DNA of 64,000 bases, taken from positions 762-64,761 of the forward strand of contig CAYNEX010000001.1 in the NCBI GenBank assembly GCA_964396335.1. Direction: 5' to 3'. Position numbers and translations under genes: made by a program. The notes below the pieces were generated by a model, which had not been told where the DNA came from, did not search any database, and saw only the letters and a program-made list of their open reading frames with translations. Shown piece by piece: positions 47,120 through 56,002 of the stretch (positions are counted from its first letter, which is position 1; each line of letters starts with the position of its first letter). The DNA is from an uncultured Steroidobacteraceae bacterium. GTDB lineage: Bacteria > Pseudomonadota > Gammaproteobacteria > Steroidobacterales > Steroidobacteraceae.

Positions 47120-47674
47120 ATGCGCATCGTGATGACCGGGTTCGCGCGGCCGCGGCTGTTCCCGCGTGAACCGCGGCCGAACACCATCCAGGACATCACC
47201 GCCGCGCAGTTCGAGCGCTACCTGAACGAGCATGAGCCGCTGCGCGTGCTGCCGGGTTATGCCCCGTTCTGCCAGCTGCACGTGCACCGCAACTGGACCA
47301 GCACGCGCTGCCTGACCGTGCCGATCACCGATGCCAACCGGCACCTGCTGCGCTCCGATTATGAGGCGCGCAACCGCAACGAGCTGCCGGTGCTGGTGCG
47401 CTGGTTCGAGGGTGTGGAGCCACCGGTGGCGAACTACCTGATCCCGATCCTCTACAGCCGCGAGCAGCTGCAGAAGGAAGGTTCGCCCATCGATGCGGAA
47501 TGGGGCATCGTCGGCTGCCTGTACACCAGCGAGCCGGAGGAGATCCCGATGGCGCCGATCACGATGATGCGCAATGCCCTCGGCGTGGCCGAGGGTGGAT
47601 CCGGCGTTGCGCTCGACGCCGCGGCCTACCGCCGCAGCGTCGAGTTCTGGAGCCGCAACGCCAACTGGCGCTGA
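47120..47674 (+). CDS. Conserved hypothetical protein (possibly DUF3228-like)
   Basis: 184 aa with strong coding bias, 11 nt downstream of rdgC. The family name is tentative and from memory. Confidence 0.6.
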   Translation: MRIVMTGFARPRLFPREPRPNTIQDITAAQFERYLNEHEPLRVLPGYAPFCQLHVHRNWTSTRCLTVPITDANRHLLRSDYEARNRNELPVLVRWFEGVEPPVANYLIPILYSREQLQKEGSPIDAEWGIVGCLYTSEPEEIPMAPITMMRNALGVAEGGSGVALDAAAYRRSVEFWSRNANWR

Positions 47675-47677
47675 GGC

Positions 47678-48742
47678 TTATTCCCAGCCGGTCGGCGAGT
47701 TGTAGGGCGCCTGGAAGCCCATCGCCTCGATCTCGTGCATCAGGCCATCGGGCCCGATCTTGTAGATGTGCGCGGCGGGCAGGTCGAACGGCGCGAAATT
47801 CAGGTCCTTCTGCGTGCGCTCGATCAGCGTGCCGTCCATGGCCTTGACCATGTAGGGCAGGTTGTCCATCGGATGACGGAAGTGCGACAGGCCCATCACC
47901 AGCCCCGTCACCGGGTCGGCCGCGAACACGCGCCGGTTGTCGATGCGGTCGATGTACTGGAAGGTGTTGCTGCTGAGCTGCTCGGCGCAGTCGCGTGACA
48001 CCTGCGGCGTGGGCGTCGTGCCCGGCACGGCCGGCGCGGTGCTCGGCGGTCCGCCGGCCGTGACCATGCCGTTTTCATGGCGGCGGCAGTCCTTCGCGAA
48101 CGGCGTCAGGCTGCCGTCGTTGTCATCCAGCGCGTCGTAATAAGACAGGCCGATGCGGACCAGCTCGTCATGCGGCAGGCGCTTGTCCGCGGGGATCTCG
48201 GTGAAGATGCCCGGGCGCGGCGTCTGCAGGTTCGCCAGCACGTTCTCGCGCACGCCGCTGTGCAGGTGCTCGGCCTCGGTGATCCTGCCATCGGCATCGA
48301 ACTTCAGCCGCAGCGCGACGATCACCGGCTGTTCGGTCGGCGGCGTGCTCGCGGCCCACGCGGCGCGCTCCTCGGCGGTGGCACCCTGCGGTGCGGGCGG
48401 CGGTGCCAGATGGGTCATCATGCCGAGGAAGCCGGCTGACTGGTTGATCTCGTCGGGCACATGGATGGCGAAGGTGGACGGCCCTTTCACCAGCGACTTC
48501 CACAGTCCGCCTTCGCCGGGCTGCATGCGGGTGATGTTGTCGACGAGGGCGACGTTGTCGGCCAGCGGTGCCTGCGATGGATCGTGTGCCACCAGTGCCG
48601 CGATGTAGGCGTCCGTGGCATCCACCAGGCACTGGCGGTCGCAGGCTGCCCCGGTGGTCGACTTGCCGCAGGCCGACAGGGCCAGCACGGCGGCGGTTGC
48701 GGCCGCCACGGCGGCCGGCTTCAGGATTGCTTTGTTCGACAT
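47678..48742 (-). CDS. Lipoprotein, apparently two NTF2-like halves
   Basis: 354 aa. Lipobox VLALSAC|G. Each half starts with an ...AYIAALVAHD... or ...LSYYDALDDND... helix and ends with a DGRITEAEHL- or DGLMHEIEAM-type strand. Confidence 0.6.
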   Translation of the reverse strand: MSNKAILKPAAVAAATAAVLALSACGKSTTGAACDRQCLVDATDAYIAALVAHDPSQAPLADNVALVDNITRMQPGEGGLWKSLVKGPSTFAIHVPDEINQSAGFLGMMTHLAPPPAPQGATAEERAAWAASTPPTEQPVIVALRLKFDADGRITEAEHLHSGVRENVLANLQTPRPGIFTEIPADKRLPHDELVRIGLSYYDALDDNDGSLTPFAKDCRRHENGMVTAGGPPSTAPAVPGTTPTPQVSRDCAEQLSSNTFQYIDRIDNRRVFAADPVTGLVMGLSHFRHPMDNLPYMVKAMDGTLIERTQKDLNFAPFDLPAAHIYKIGPDGLMHEIEAMGFQAPYNSPTGWE

Positions 48743-48770
48743 ATCCCCCTCGTTTCGGCGCGATGCCGGT

Positions 48771-49034
48771 TCAGTTCCCCGTGCCGGATTCTACGCCGGC
48801 CGGCGGTGCACCCCGGTGGTAGATGATCTTCTTCGTGCCGCCGCCACAGGTGCCGACGACCTTGCCGTCATTCTCGGGCGCATCCTTGTCGACGATGGCG
48901 AGCGTGAATGCACTCGCCCCGTTGGCGCGGATCTTCGCGTCGATCTCGGCCTTCAGTTCTTCGCAGTCCTTCGCCTGACCCCATGAGACAGAGGCCATGC
49001 CGAGCAGAGCCAAGGTGCCGATTGTCCTTCTCAT
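48771..49034 (-). CDS. DUF1161-family small periplasmic protein
   Basis: 87 aa. Signal peptide, then CEELKAEIDAKIRANG...GKVVGTCGGGTKKIIY, matching my recollection of DUF1161. Confidence 0.7.
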   Translation of the reverse strand: MRRTIGTLALLGMASVSWGQAKDCEELKAEIDAKIRANGASAFTLAIVDKDAPENDGKVVGTCGGGTKKIIYHRGAPPAGVESGTGN

Positions 49035-49159
49035 GATTCCTCCCTGGTCGGTTCTGGTTGTTGTTGCAGGGAATGCCGCCCGCCGGCATCGATCCTCTCC
49101 TTCCGGCCGAGCTTACCCCAACTTCCCGCGGACCCTGGTTGCCGCGCGTCGCCAGGCTA

Positions 49160-49525
49160 TCAGTCGCAAGAATGGGGATCCGGCACGGACGAGTGCGGTG
49201 TGAGCCCGGCGCGCATGTCGTCGAACAATCCTGCTTCGGGCGGAGGTAGCGCACCCAGCACGCAGGAGAACATGCCGATGGCGGTGACGATGCAGCGGTC
49301 GGCGATGATGATGTAGGGCAGCGGCACCAGGCCGTATTTTTCCTCCTGCGGGCTCCACTTGAAGCTGGATTCGCGTGGTCTGCAGGGCTGGCGCAGCTTC
49401 GGCAGCGGTGGGCCGATGCGCTCCGGCGGCCCGGGCGCATCCGCGAGGCGTGCCGCCAGTCGTGCCGTGGTAGCCACGCCTGCTGTCATCCTGACCTGCA
49501 GTGCTGCGCTCCGGTGCTGGTGCAT
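49160..49525 (-). CDS. Hypothetical protein (weak call)
   Basis: 121-aa ORF. Good third-position G/C bias in the C-terminal two-thirds (KYGLVPLPYIIIADRCIVTAIGMFSCVLG). No motif recognised, and the start is ambiguous (49525 or 49489). Confidence 0.35.
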   Translation of the reverse strand: MHQHRSAALQVRMTAGVATTARLAARLADAPGPPERIGPPLPKLRQPCRPRESSFKWSPQEEKYGLVPLPYIIIADRCIVTAIGMFSCVLGALPPPEAGLFDDMRAGLTPHSSVPDPHSCD

Positions 49526-49642
49526 GCCGGAAGCGTAGCGTCAGGTGGTCGCGCACCCCGTTACGGATTCGTCGGTGAATGACGCTTCTGTCATGACACT
49601 TCCCGGCGCGACACCAGGCGCGGTGCTGCAGGGTGTCGGCGA

Positions 49643-50245
49643 TCAGCGTGCGTCGCGCAGCCTGGTGTGTCGGGCCGCAAACCAGTGGCCCGCGACCAGC
49701 GTCTTCAGGTCGTTGAAGCGGCCGTCCAGCACGCTGGCGACGAATTGCAGCGCCGGAATCGCGACGGTAAGCACATCCTCGTCGGCATCGCTGCCATGGA
49801 TGGTGTCGTCCGACTCGTCGGCGTCGACCAGGCCGAACACCAGCGCGATCTTCTCGCTGGTTCCGCCGGAGCTCACGTAGGCGCCGGGATGGATGAGCTG
49901 CGGTTCGCGCAACGTCAGGCCCGATTCTTCGCGCAGCTCGCGGATGGCTGCATCGATCGGTGATTCGCCGGGCTCCATCGCACCGGCAAACAGCTGCTCA
50001 CGGAATGGGTTGTCGCCCGAGACCAGTGCACCGGGGCGAAATTCATTGCCCAGCAGCACCGCGTCGCGGCGCGGGTCATACGGCAGCACCGCCACCGCAT
50101 TGCCACGCTCCATCAGTTCCCGCTCGATGCGCTGCCTGCCACCGCGGTGCGTGCGCACCTCGATGGTGTAGCGGTAGAGCTTGAGGAAACCCTCGCTGAG
50201 CGCGATGCGTGAAAGGATGCGGGCGGCGGCCGGGTCCTGGTCCAT
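49643..50245 (-). CDS. Nudix hydrolase (ADP-sugar/NudF-NudK-like)
   Basis: 200 aa. Nudix box GAMEPGESPIDAAIRELREESGL. Confidence 0.85.
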   Translation of the reverse strand: MDQDPAAARILSRIALSEGFLKLYRYTIEVRTHRGGRQRIERELMERGNAVAVLPYDPRRDAVLLGNEFRPGALVSGDNPFREQLFAGAMEPGESPIDAAIRELREESGLTLREPQLIHPGAYVSSGGTSEKIALVFGLVDADESDDTIHGSDADEDVLTVAIPALQFVASVLDGRFNDLKTLVAGHWFAARHTRLRDAR

Positions 50246-50297
50246 GCCGCAAGGCTAACCCGGTGCGCGGCGAAAACCCACGCACCGGGACGGGCAG

Positions 50298-51344
50298 CTA
50301 GAGGATGGTCTTGCTGCCGACGGCCGAGAAGCCACTCTCGGCATCGGTGACGGTCAGCGCGGTGACAGCGAAGTAGTGCGTGCCGGTTTCCAGCTTCGTG
50401 ACATCGAGGCTGGTGGTGTTGGCGTCCACCTCGGCAATCTCGGCCAGCGTTGCAGCGCTGCGCCCGTGATAGATCCGGTAGCCACGCAACTGCGCGGTCG
50501 GCAACGGGCTGCCGTCGGTGTACTGCGTCGGCGGCATCCAGCTCAGTGCCGCGGTGCCCGACGGCTCCGGCGCGGTGACGCGGATCGAAAAGGCAGGCAG
50601 GGATGCCGAGGCGCCCTTGCTGTCGGTCACCGTGATGACGATGTTCGACCAGGTGCCCGCCGTGGTCGGCGTCCACGTCAGGACGCCGGTGCCGAGGTTG
50701 AAGCTCGATCCGGCGGGTTTGTTGCGGATCGACCACGTCAGCGCATCGCCGTCGGCATCGGTGGCTGACGGGGCGAAGCGGTAGTTGCTGCCGATGGTCG
50801 CGCTGGTGCCCGCCGTGCCACTGATGCGCGGCGCGTTGTTCGGCGGCGGCTGTGGCGCGGGGGTCGGCTCCGGCGTGGGGGTCGGAGTCGGAGTTGGCGC
50901 TGGCGTCGGCTCCGGAGTGGGCGTGGGCGTCGGCGCCGGAGTCGGACTCGGCGCGGGCGATGGCGACGGAGTCGGCGTCGGAGCCGGAGTCGGAGTCGGA
51001 GTCGGCGCCGGTGCCGGAGCCGGTGCGGGAACAGGAGTGGGCTCCGGCGCAGGCGTCGGCTTGGGCGAAGGGTGGGGCGTCGGCACGGGCACCGGCACTG
51101 GCACCGGCACGGGCACAGGCTGCGCTTCCGGAACGGGTGCCGGCTCCGGCGACGCGGGAGCAGGGTCGGGCGACGGTGCGGGTTCCCCAGGGGGATTGGT
51201 CCCGGGCGCATTCTCGACCGGAGGAGAGTCCTGCGCCGGCGCGGACTGTCGGGGCGCGCCGGCCTGCTCGTCCGGTCCGCAGGCCGCAAGCACCAGGCCT
51301 GCCGCCATCACCAGCCAGATCCCGCGCACAGAGAATCGTGTCAT
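50298..51344 (-). CDS. Lipoprotein with a long Pro/Thr/Ala/Ser/Glu linker, an Ig-like (putative He_PIG/cadherin-like) domain and an FN3-like domain
   Basis: 348 aa. Lipobox LVLAAC|G. About 140 aa of PxPx low complexity. [36 protein letters not shown]-terminal L.GYRIYHG...[12 protein letters not shown] (FN3-like). Confidence 0.75.
   Translation of the reverse strand: MTRFSVRGIWLVMAAGLVLAACGPDEQAGAPRQSAPAQDSPPVENAPGTNPPGEPAPSPDPAPASPEPAPVPEAQPVPVPVPVPVPVPTPHPSPKPTPAPEPTPVPAPAPAPAPTPTPTPAPTPTPSPSPAPSPTPAPTPTPTPEPTPAPTPTPTPTPEPTPAPQPPPNNAPRISGTAGTSATIGSNYRFAPSATDADGDALTWSIRNKPAGSSFNLGTGVLTWTPTTAGTWSNIVITVTDSKGASASLPAFSIRVTAPEPSGTAALSWMPPTQYTDGSPLPTAQLRGYRIYHGRSAATLAEIAEVDANTTSLDVTKLETGTHYFAVTALTVTDAESGFSAVGSKTIL
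50813..51227 (-). repeat. In-frame low-complexity repeat encoding the (P-[TAESV])n linker
   Basis: The DNA is degenerate GGNGTCGG/GGNGCCGG periodic repeats (e.g. ggagtcggagtcggagtcgg) and translates on the minus strand to ...[87 protein letters not shown]... Confidence 0.85.
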
Positions 51345-51610
51345 GCCTCGCTCCTTGGTTCACACGCGAGGCCACCGGCGGAAACACGAACACAGCAACG
51401 GGCTGACGACGCCGGGAGAATCCGGCTGCCGGCAACCCCGCTATCTGTGAATCACTCGTGGATTCCAGACCGGAGGCTTTGCGTCCCCGTCTCGCGACGG
51501 GTTTGCCTTTGTCTTCCGTGAATTAAAGGCGGCAGCAACTGCCTGCTCAATCGGGGAAAGTCTGATGGAGACCGCCCGCAACGGGCGTTCCGTGATGCGT
51601 CGCGCATTCT

Positions 51611-52459
51611 TCATGTTGGTTTCGGGGATTCCCTGAGGTCTGCGTTCACCAGGCGGCGATAGGCATTCCAGTGCCTGAGCGCGCGTCGCGCATCACCGGA
51701 TTCCTGGTACAGGCGCGCGATGTTGTGATGCGCGTCGGCGAAGCTTTCGTCCTGTTTCAGCGCCGCGGCATACGCGGCAATTGCCTCTGTGGCCTCGCCG
51801 GCATCCTCCAGCGCCACGCCGAGGTTGTAGAGGATGTCGGCATCGGGCTCCTCGACGCTCCTGTAAAGCTGCACCGCCTCGCTGATGTGACCGCGCAGGT
51901 GCAGCAACCGGCCGAGGTTGGCCACTGCGCCGCGATGGGCGTGCCTGGTGACGCAGGCGCGGTAGGTCTCCACCGCCGCGTCGATGTCGGTTTCTTCCAG
52001 TGCCAGGGCTGATTCGAACTGGCGCGCGCATTCGTCCGGCGGGTCGGTGCCCGCGACGTTGCCTGCGGGGCGCGACGCATCGATCAGCTGGATGTTGCCG
52101 TCCTCGACGCGCACCTCCAGCGCCAGCAACAGCTGGCCGGACAGCACGTCGCGCTTCTCGCCCGCTTCATGCACCACGATGCGATCACCCGCGGCGGTGA
52201 CCGACAGTCCGCGCGCCGGCACATCGCGCGGTACCTGCGTGCGCAGCGCGCGCAATGCCGCGCCGATGCGCCGTTTCGGCACCTGCGCGGCCATGAGGTC
52301 ACGCGCGGTCCGCAACAGCACCAGGTCCTGGAAGGAGAAACGCAGCGCCGATCGCGGGCCCCGGCTGGGCGCGACATAGCGTGCCCGCACCATCGCGCGC
52401 ACGGCGTTCACCGGCATGCCGGCGAGGCGCGCCACCTCGGCTGTCCCGAACTGCTGCAA
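51611..52459 (-). CDS. MerR-like HTH / TPR-repeat protein
   Basis: 282 aa. TTG start 1 nt after the ku stop. N-terminal FGTAEVARLAGMPVNAVRAMVRARYV (HTH). C-terminal TPR-like repeats (AVANLGRLLHLRGHISEAVQLY, ILYNLGVALEDAGEATEAIAAY, AHHNIARLYQESGDARRALRHW). Confidence 0.7.
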   Translation of the reverse strand: MQQFGTAEVARLAGMPVNAVRAMVRARYVAPSRGPRSALRFSFQDLVLLRTARDLMAAQVPKRRIGAALRALRTQVPRDVPARGLSVTAAGDRIVVHEAGEKRDVLSGQLLLALEVRVEDGNIQLIDASRPAGNVAGTDPPDECARQFESALALEETDIDAAVETYRACVTRHAHRGAVANLGRLLHLRGHISEAVQLYRSVEEPDADILYNLGVALEDAGEATEAIAAYAAALKQDESFADAHHNIARLYQESGDARRALRHWNAYRRLVNADLRESPKPT

Positions 52460-52460
52460 A

Positions 52461-53351
52461 TCAGGCTCTCCGCGACGCGGTCTTCGACTTGCGGGCGGCC
52501 GGCGTCGTGACCTTCTTTGGTGGTTTGCGCGCCGCCGGTTTCGCGGCGGCGCCGGCGCCGCCGCGATTGAGGCTGCGCTGCAGGATCTCCATCAGGTCCA
52601 CGACATTGCCGCCGCCGGCCTGCGGTTCTGCATCCGGCGCCTCGAAGTGCGAGATCTCCTTGCCGCTGCGGATCTTCTTCTCGATGGCCGCCTCGACCCG
52701 CTGGCGGAATTCATCGTGGAACTCGTTCGGGTCGAAACGTTTTTCGGTGGTCTGTTCGATCAGCGCCTTGGCCAGTTTCAGTTCGCCGGCGGCCAGTTCC
52801 GGCATGTCGCCCATCGGGATGTCGCGGATGGTGCGGATTTCATCCTTGAAATAGAGCTGGTGCATGGCCATGCCGCCCTCGACCGGGCGTACGACTACCA
52901 CATATTCGCGCCCCCGTGCCGCCCAGCGCCCGATCGCGCAGAGTCCCGTCTCGCGCATCGCTTCGTTCAGCAGCGCATACGGCTTGGCGCCATGTTTCGA
53001 TGGCGCCAGCAGGTAGGTGCGGTCGAAGAACACCGGATCCACCGTTTCGAGCGGCACAAACTCGATGATGTTGATCGGTCTGGTGCCGGCTTCCTCCAGC
53101 GCCTTGATCTCCTCGGGCTTGAACAGCACGTAGCGGTCCTTCTCGTACTCATAGCCCTTGACCATTTCCGAGCGCTGCACGACTTCACCATCCAGCGCAC
53201 AGATGTACTGCTGCTTCACGCGCGCGCCATCCTTGGCGTGCAGCAGGTTGAAGGACAGGCGGCTGGAGGAGACCTCGGCCGAATACACATCCACGGGGAT
53301 GTTGACCAGGCCGAAGGAAATGCTGACGGAAGCGAACGATCGGGCAGCCAT
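52461..53351 (-). CDS. ku: Ku protein (bacterial NHEJ DNA-end-binding protein)
   Basis: The supplied ORF was trimmed to ATG 53351. SISFGLVNIPVDVYSA, VKGYEYEKDRYVLF and YLLAPSKHGAKPYALL are characteristic. Lys/Arg/Ala-rich C-terminal tail. Confidence 0.9.
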   Translation of the reverse strand: MAARSFASVSISFGLVNIPVDVYSAEVSSSRLSFNLLHAKDGARVKQQYICALDGEVVQRSEMVKGYEYEKDRYVLFKPEEIKALEEAGTRPINIIEFVPLETVDPVFFDRTYLLAPSKHGAKPYALLNEAMRETGLCAIGRWAARGREYVVVVRPVEGGMAMHQLYFKDEIRTIRDIPMGDMPELAAGELKLAKALIEQTTEKRFDPNEFHDEFRQRVEAAIEKKIRSGKEISHFEAPDAEPQAGGGNVVDLMEILQRSLNRGGAGAAAKPAARKPPKKVTTPAARKSKTASRRA

Positions 53352-53480
53352 GGCGAGACCTCGGCGGAAAGGTCCCATCAAGGGTCCGGGCCGTACTGGT
53401 GATGCACAACGCATCAGGTTCGCGGCCTGCTGTAGGACTTCGACGCATGTGCTAAAAAGTGTCGAACGGGGAGGAAGACG

Positions 53481-55817
53481 ATGTCGCGTTGGCGTCGCCG
53501 GTTGATTGAGTGCATGCAGCCGGATCCGGCAGGTCCCCGTCCGGTCGACGGCGCGATCGCGCAGGCCCGCGGAAAAGCGCCGCTCAGCCCGGTCCTTTCC
53601 TTTCTGTTGCTGGTCCTTGCCGCCTGTGGCGGAGGCAGTGGAGGCGACAGTCATCCACCGCCACCAACACCCCCGCCACCGCAGAACGCCGCGCCGGTGG
53701 CGCACGCCGGCAACGCACAGACCGTGCATGCGCATGTTCCAGTCACGCTGAATGGCGCCGGCAGCCGCGACCCTGATGGCAGCATCGCCAGCTGGGCATG
53801 GACGCAGACGGCGGGTCCTTCCGTCACTCTGACCAACGCGACCTCCGCCACCCCTGGCTTCATCGCGCCGCAGGTTGATTCGAGCGACGCGCTGACATTC
53901 AGTCTGGTGGTCACGGACAACCGTGGCGCCGCCAGTTCGCCGGCCACCGTGCAGGTCTCGGTCGAACCCAATGCCCGGCCGGTGGCGCTGGCCACGGCAC
54001 CGGCCGCCGTGCGCCCCGGCAATGTGGTGACGCTGGATGCGTCCGGCAGCAGTGACGCCGACGACGGCATTGCCTCCTACGCGTGGACCCAGACCGCGGG
54101 ACCGCAGGTCAGCCTCAGCAGTGCCGGTGCGGTGAATCCCGGCTTCGTCACGCCCCAGGGTGCATTGGGCAGCACACTGACCTTTTCACTGGTGGTGCGT
54201 GACCGACGGGGTGCCGCCAGCGCCCCGGCCAGCGTCACCATCAATGTGGAGCCGGCGGCCGACGGGGTGGTGACGGGCATCGTCAGCTTTGCACGCGTGC
54301 CGTTCTCGCAGGTGGCGCCGCGCGGTCTCGATTACGCCAACCCGCTGTGGCAGCCGGCGCGCGGTGTGATGGTCCGCGCCGTGCGTGCCAACGACCAGCT
54401 GGTGCTGGCCACCGGCACCACCGATTCCAGCGGTGCCTACAGCCTGCCGGTACCGCCGGACACCGGCGTTGTCATCGAAGTGATCGCGCGCATGCAGCGG
54501 ACGTTCCCCCAGCCCCTGCCGCACTGGGACGTGCGGGTGCAGGATGGTGCCGCAGGCTCGCCATACCGTTTCACCAGTGCGGTCTTCAACAGCAGCCTCG
54601 GCGCGATGGACATCGAGATGCACACTGGCATTTCGCCCGCCGGGACCGCCGTCGGACCCCGTCACTCGGGCCCGTTCGCCATCCTCGACACGCTGCATAC
54701 CGGACTCACCGCGATCGCCGACACCGGCATCGCGGTGGAGGCTGTGAATCCCAACCTGGTGGTCGACTGGGGCAGCCAGAACCAGGGCACCTACTTCACT
54801 GCGCCGGTCGGCCAGCCGCCGCAGATCAAGCTGCTGTCCGACCTGACCGAGGACACCGACGAGTTCGACCAGCACGTGATCGCGCATGAACTGGGCCACC
54901 ACCTTGAATATGCGTACTCCCGGGCCGACAGCATCGGCGGCAGCCATGGGCTGGGCGACCGGCTGGATGCGCGCGTCGCCTTCGGCGAAGGCTTTGGTTA
55001 TGCCTTCGCGGCTATCGTGCTGGACGACCCGGATGCGCGGGACAGCTTCGTGTTCAACGGCACCTCTGTTTCATCGGGTTTCAATGTGGAGGTGAACCCT
55101 CCGGCGCAGGCGCAGGCTGGTGCCGGCTGCTGGTGCAGCGAGACCTCGGTGTGGTCCATCCTGTGGGATCTCTACGATGCCGACAATGACGGTGCGGACC
55201 AGGTGACGCTGGGCTTCAAGCCGATCTGGCAGGTGATCACCGGCGCGCAGAAGCGAACCCGCTCGCTGACCACGATCTACAGCTTCATTGCCGCGCTGAA
55301 GAGTGCGCAGCCGGCGGAAGCTGCGGCCATTGATGCGCTGGTCGCGGCGCAGAACATCACCACCGCCGGACTCGACGCCTTTGCCTCCACCGAAGTGCAG
55401 GCGCCATTCCCCGGCATCCTGCCGTTGTTTGCGCCCATTGTGGTGGACGGGCCGCCGGTCGTGGTGCGCAACACCGATGATGGCGGGCGCCACAACAAGG
55501 CCGGCAATCGCCGCTTCCTGCGTTTCACCGCCCCGGCTGATGGCGCCGTGCGCATCTCCGTCAGTACTTCCAATCCCGATCCGCAATCCGATCCGGATTT
55601 CTACGTCTACCGCGGCTCACCGGACGGAAGCGCGGCGGGCGGCCTGTGGGCGGTCTCGTTCGATCCGCCGCCGCAGGCGGCCGAAGTCCGCACCATTCCG
55701 GTCAGCGCCGGAGTGGTCTACATCATCGATGCCTACGACTGCGCCAATGGCTGCGACACGCCGCAGGGCACGCCGGGCGACTACGACCTCACCGTGACGG
55801 TGACCACGGCACCGTAG
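53481..55817 (+). CDS. Lipoprotein zinc metalloprotease with two PKD-like repeats and a C-terminal pre-peptidase (PPC)-like domain
   Basis: 778 aa. GGAGGAAGACG-ATG RBS. Lipobox LLVLAAC|G, with an unusually long N-region so the start is uncertain (alternative ATG 53514). Two repeats of about 95 aa (53688-54255). HExxH motif HVIAHELGHHLEY. C-terminal beta-rich domain. Confidence 0.8.
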   Translation: MSRWRRRLIECMQPDPAGPRPVDGAIAQARGKAPLSPVLSFLLLVLAACGGGSGGDSHPPPPTPPPPQNAAPVAHAGNAQTVHAHVPVTLNGAGSRDPDGSIASWAWTQTAGPSVTLTNATSATPGFIAPQVDSSDALTFSLVVTDNRGAASSPATVQVSVEPNARPVALATAPAAVRPGNVVTLDASGSSDADDGIASYAWTQTAGPQVSLSSAGAVNPGFVTPQGALGSTLTFSLVVRDRRGAASAPASVTINVEPAADGVVTGIVSFARVPFSQVAPRGLDYANPLWQPARGVMVRAVRANDQLVLATGTTDSSGAYSLPVPPDTGVVIEVIARMQRTFPQPLPHWDVRVQDGAAGSPYRFTSAVFNSSLGAMDIEMHTGISPAGTAVGPRHSGPFAILDTLHTGLTAIADTGIAVEAVNPNLVVDWGSQNQGTYFTAPVGQPPQIKLLSDLTEDTDEFDQHVIAHELGHHLEYAYSRADSIGGSHGLGDRLDARVAFGEGFGYAFAAIVLDDPDARDSFVFNGTSVSSGFNVEVNPPAQAQAGAGCWCSETSVWSILWDLYDADNDGADQVTLGFKPIWQVITGAQKRTRSLTTIYSFIAALKSAQPAEAAAIDALVAAQNITTAGLDAFASTEVQAPFPGILPLFAPIVVDGPPVVVRNTDDGGRHNKAGNRRFLRFTAPADGAVRISVSTSNPDPQSDPDFYVYRGSPDGSAAGGLWAVSFDPPPQAAEVRTIPVSAGVVYIIDAYDCANGCDTPQGTPGDYDLTVTVTTAP

Positions 55818-56002
55818 CGACAGCGGTTCCAGACGCGCTGTAATCGCTATTGCCCGCGACCGGAAAGGCTTGTTGTGTGCGCAAGTGGACGGCATGGCGT
55901 CGCGATCCGGTGACGCCTGAGTGCTCCGCATGTCCGCTGTATACTTGCGCTCCTCCCCCACACCAGGCGACTACCGGGACCACGTGTTCCGGCGCGACTC
56001 CT

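Noticed and set aside
50813-51227. Periodic short repeats that might suggest a CRISPR array or satellite.
   Set aside because: There is no repeat-spacer architecture. The periodicity is 6 nt, in frame, and entirely inside a coding sequence.
50785-51450. A Gly/Val/Ala-rich plus-strand ORF (GVGVGVG...) that could be mistaken for a glycine-rich protein.
   Set aside because: It is the reverse-complement reading of the Pro-X linker repeat. The minus-strand frame has a lipobox and folded C-terminal domains, and the plus-strand frame has none.
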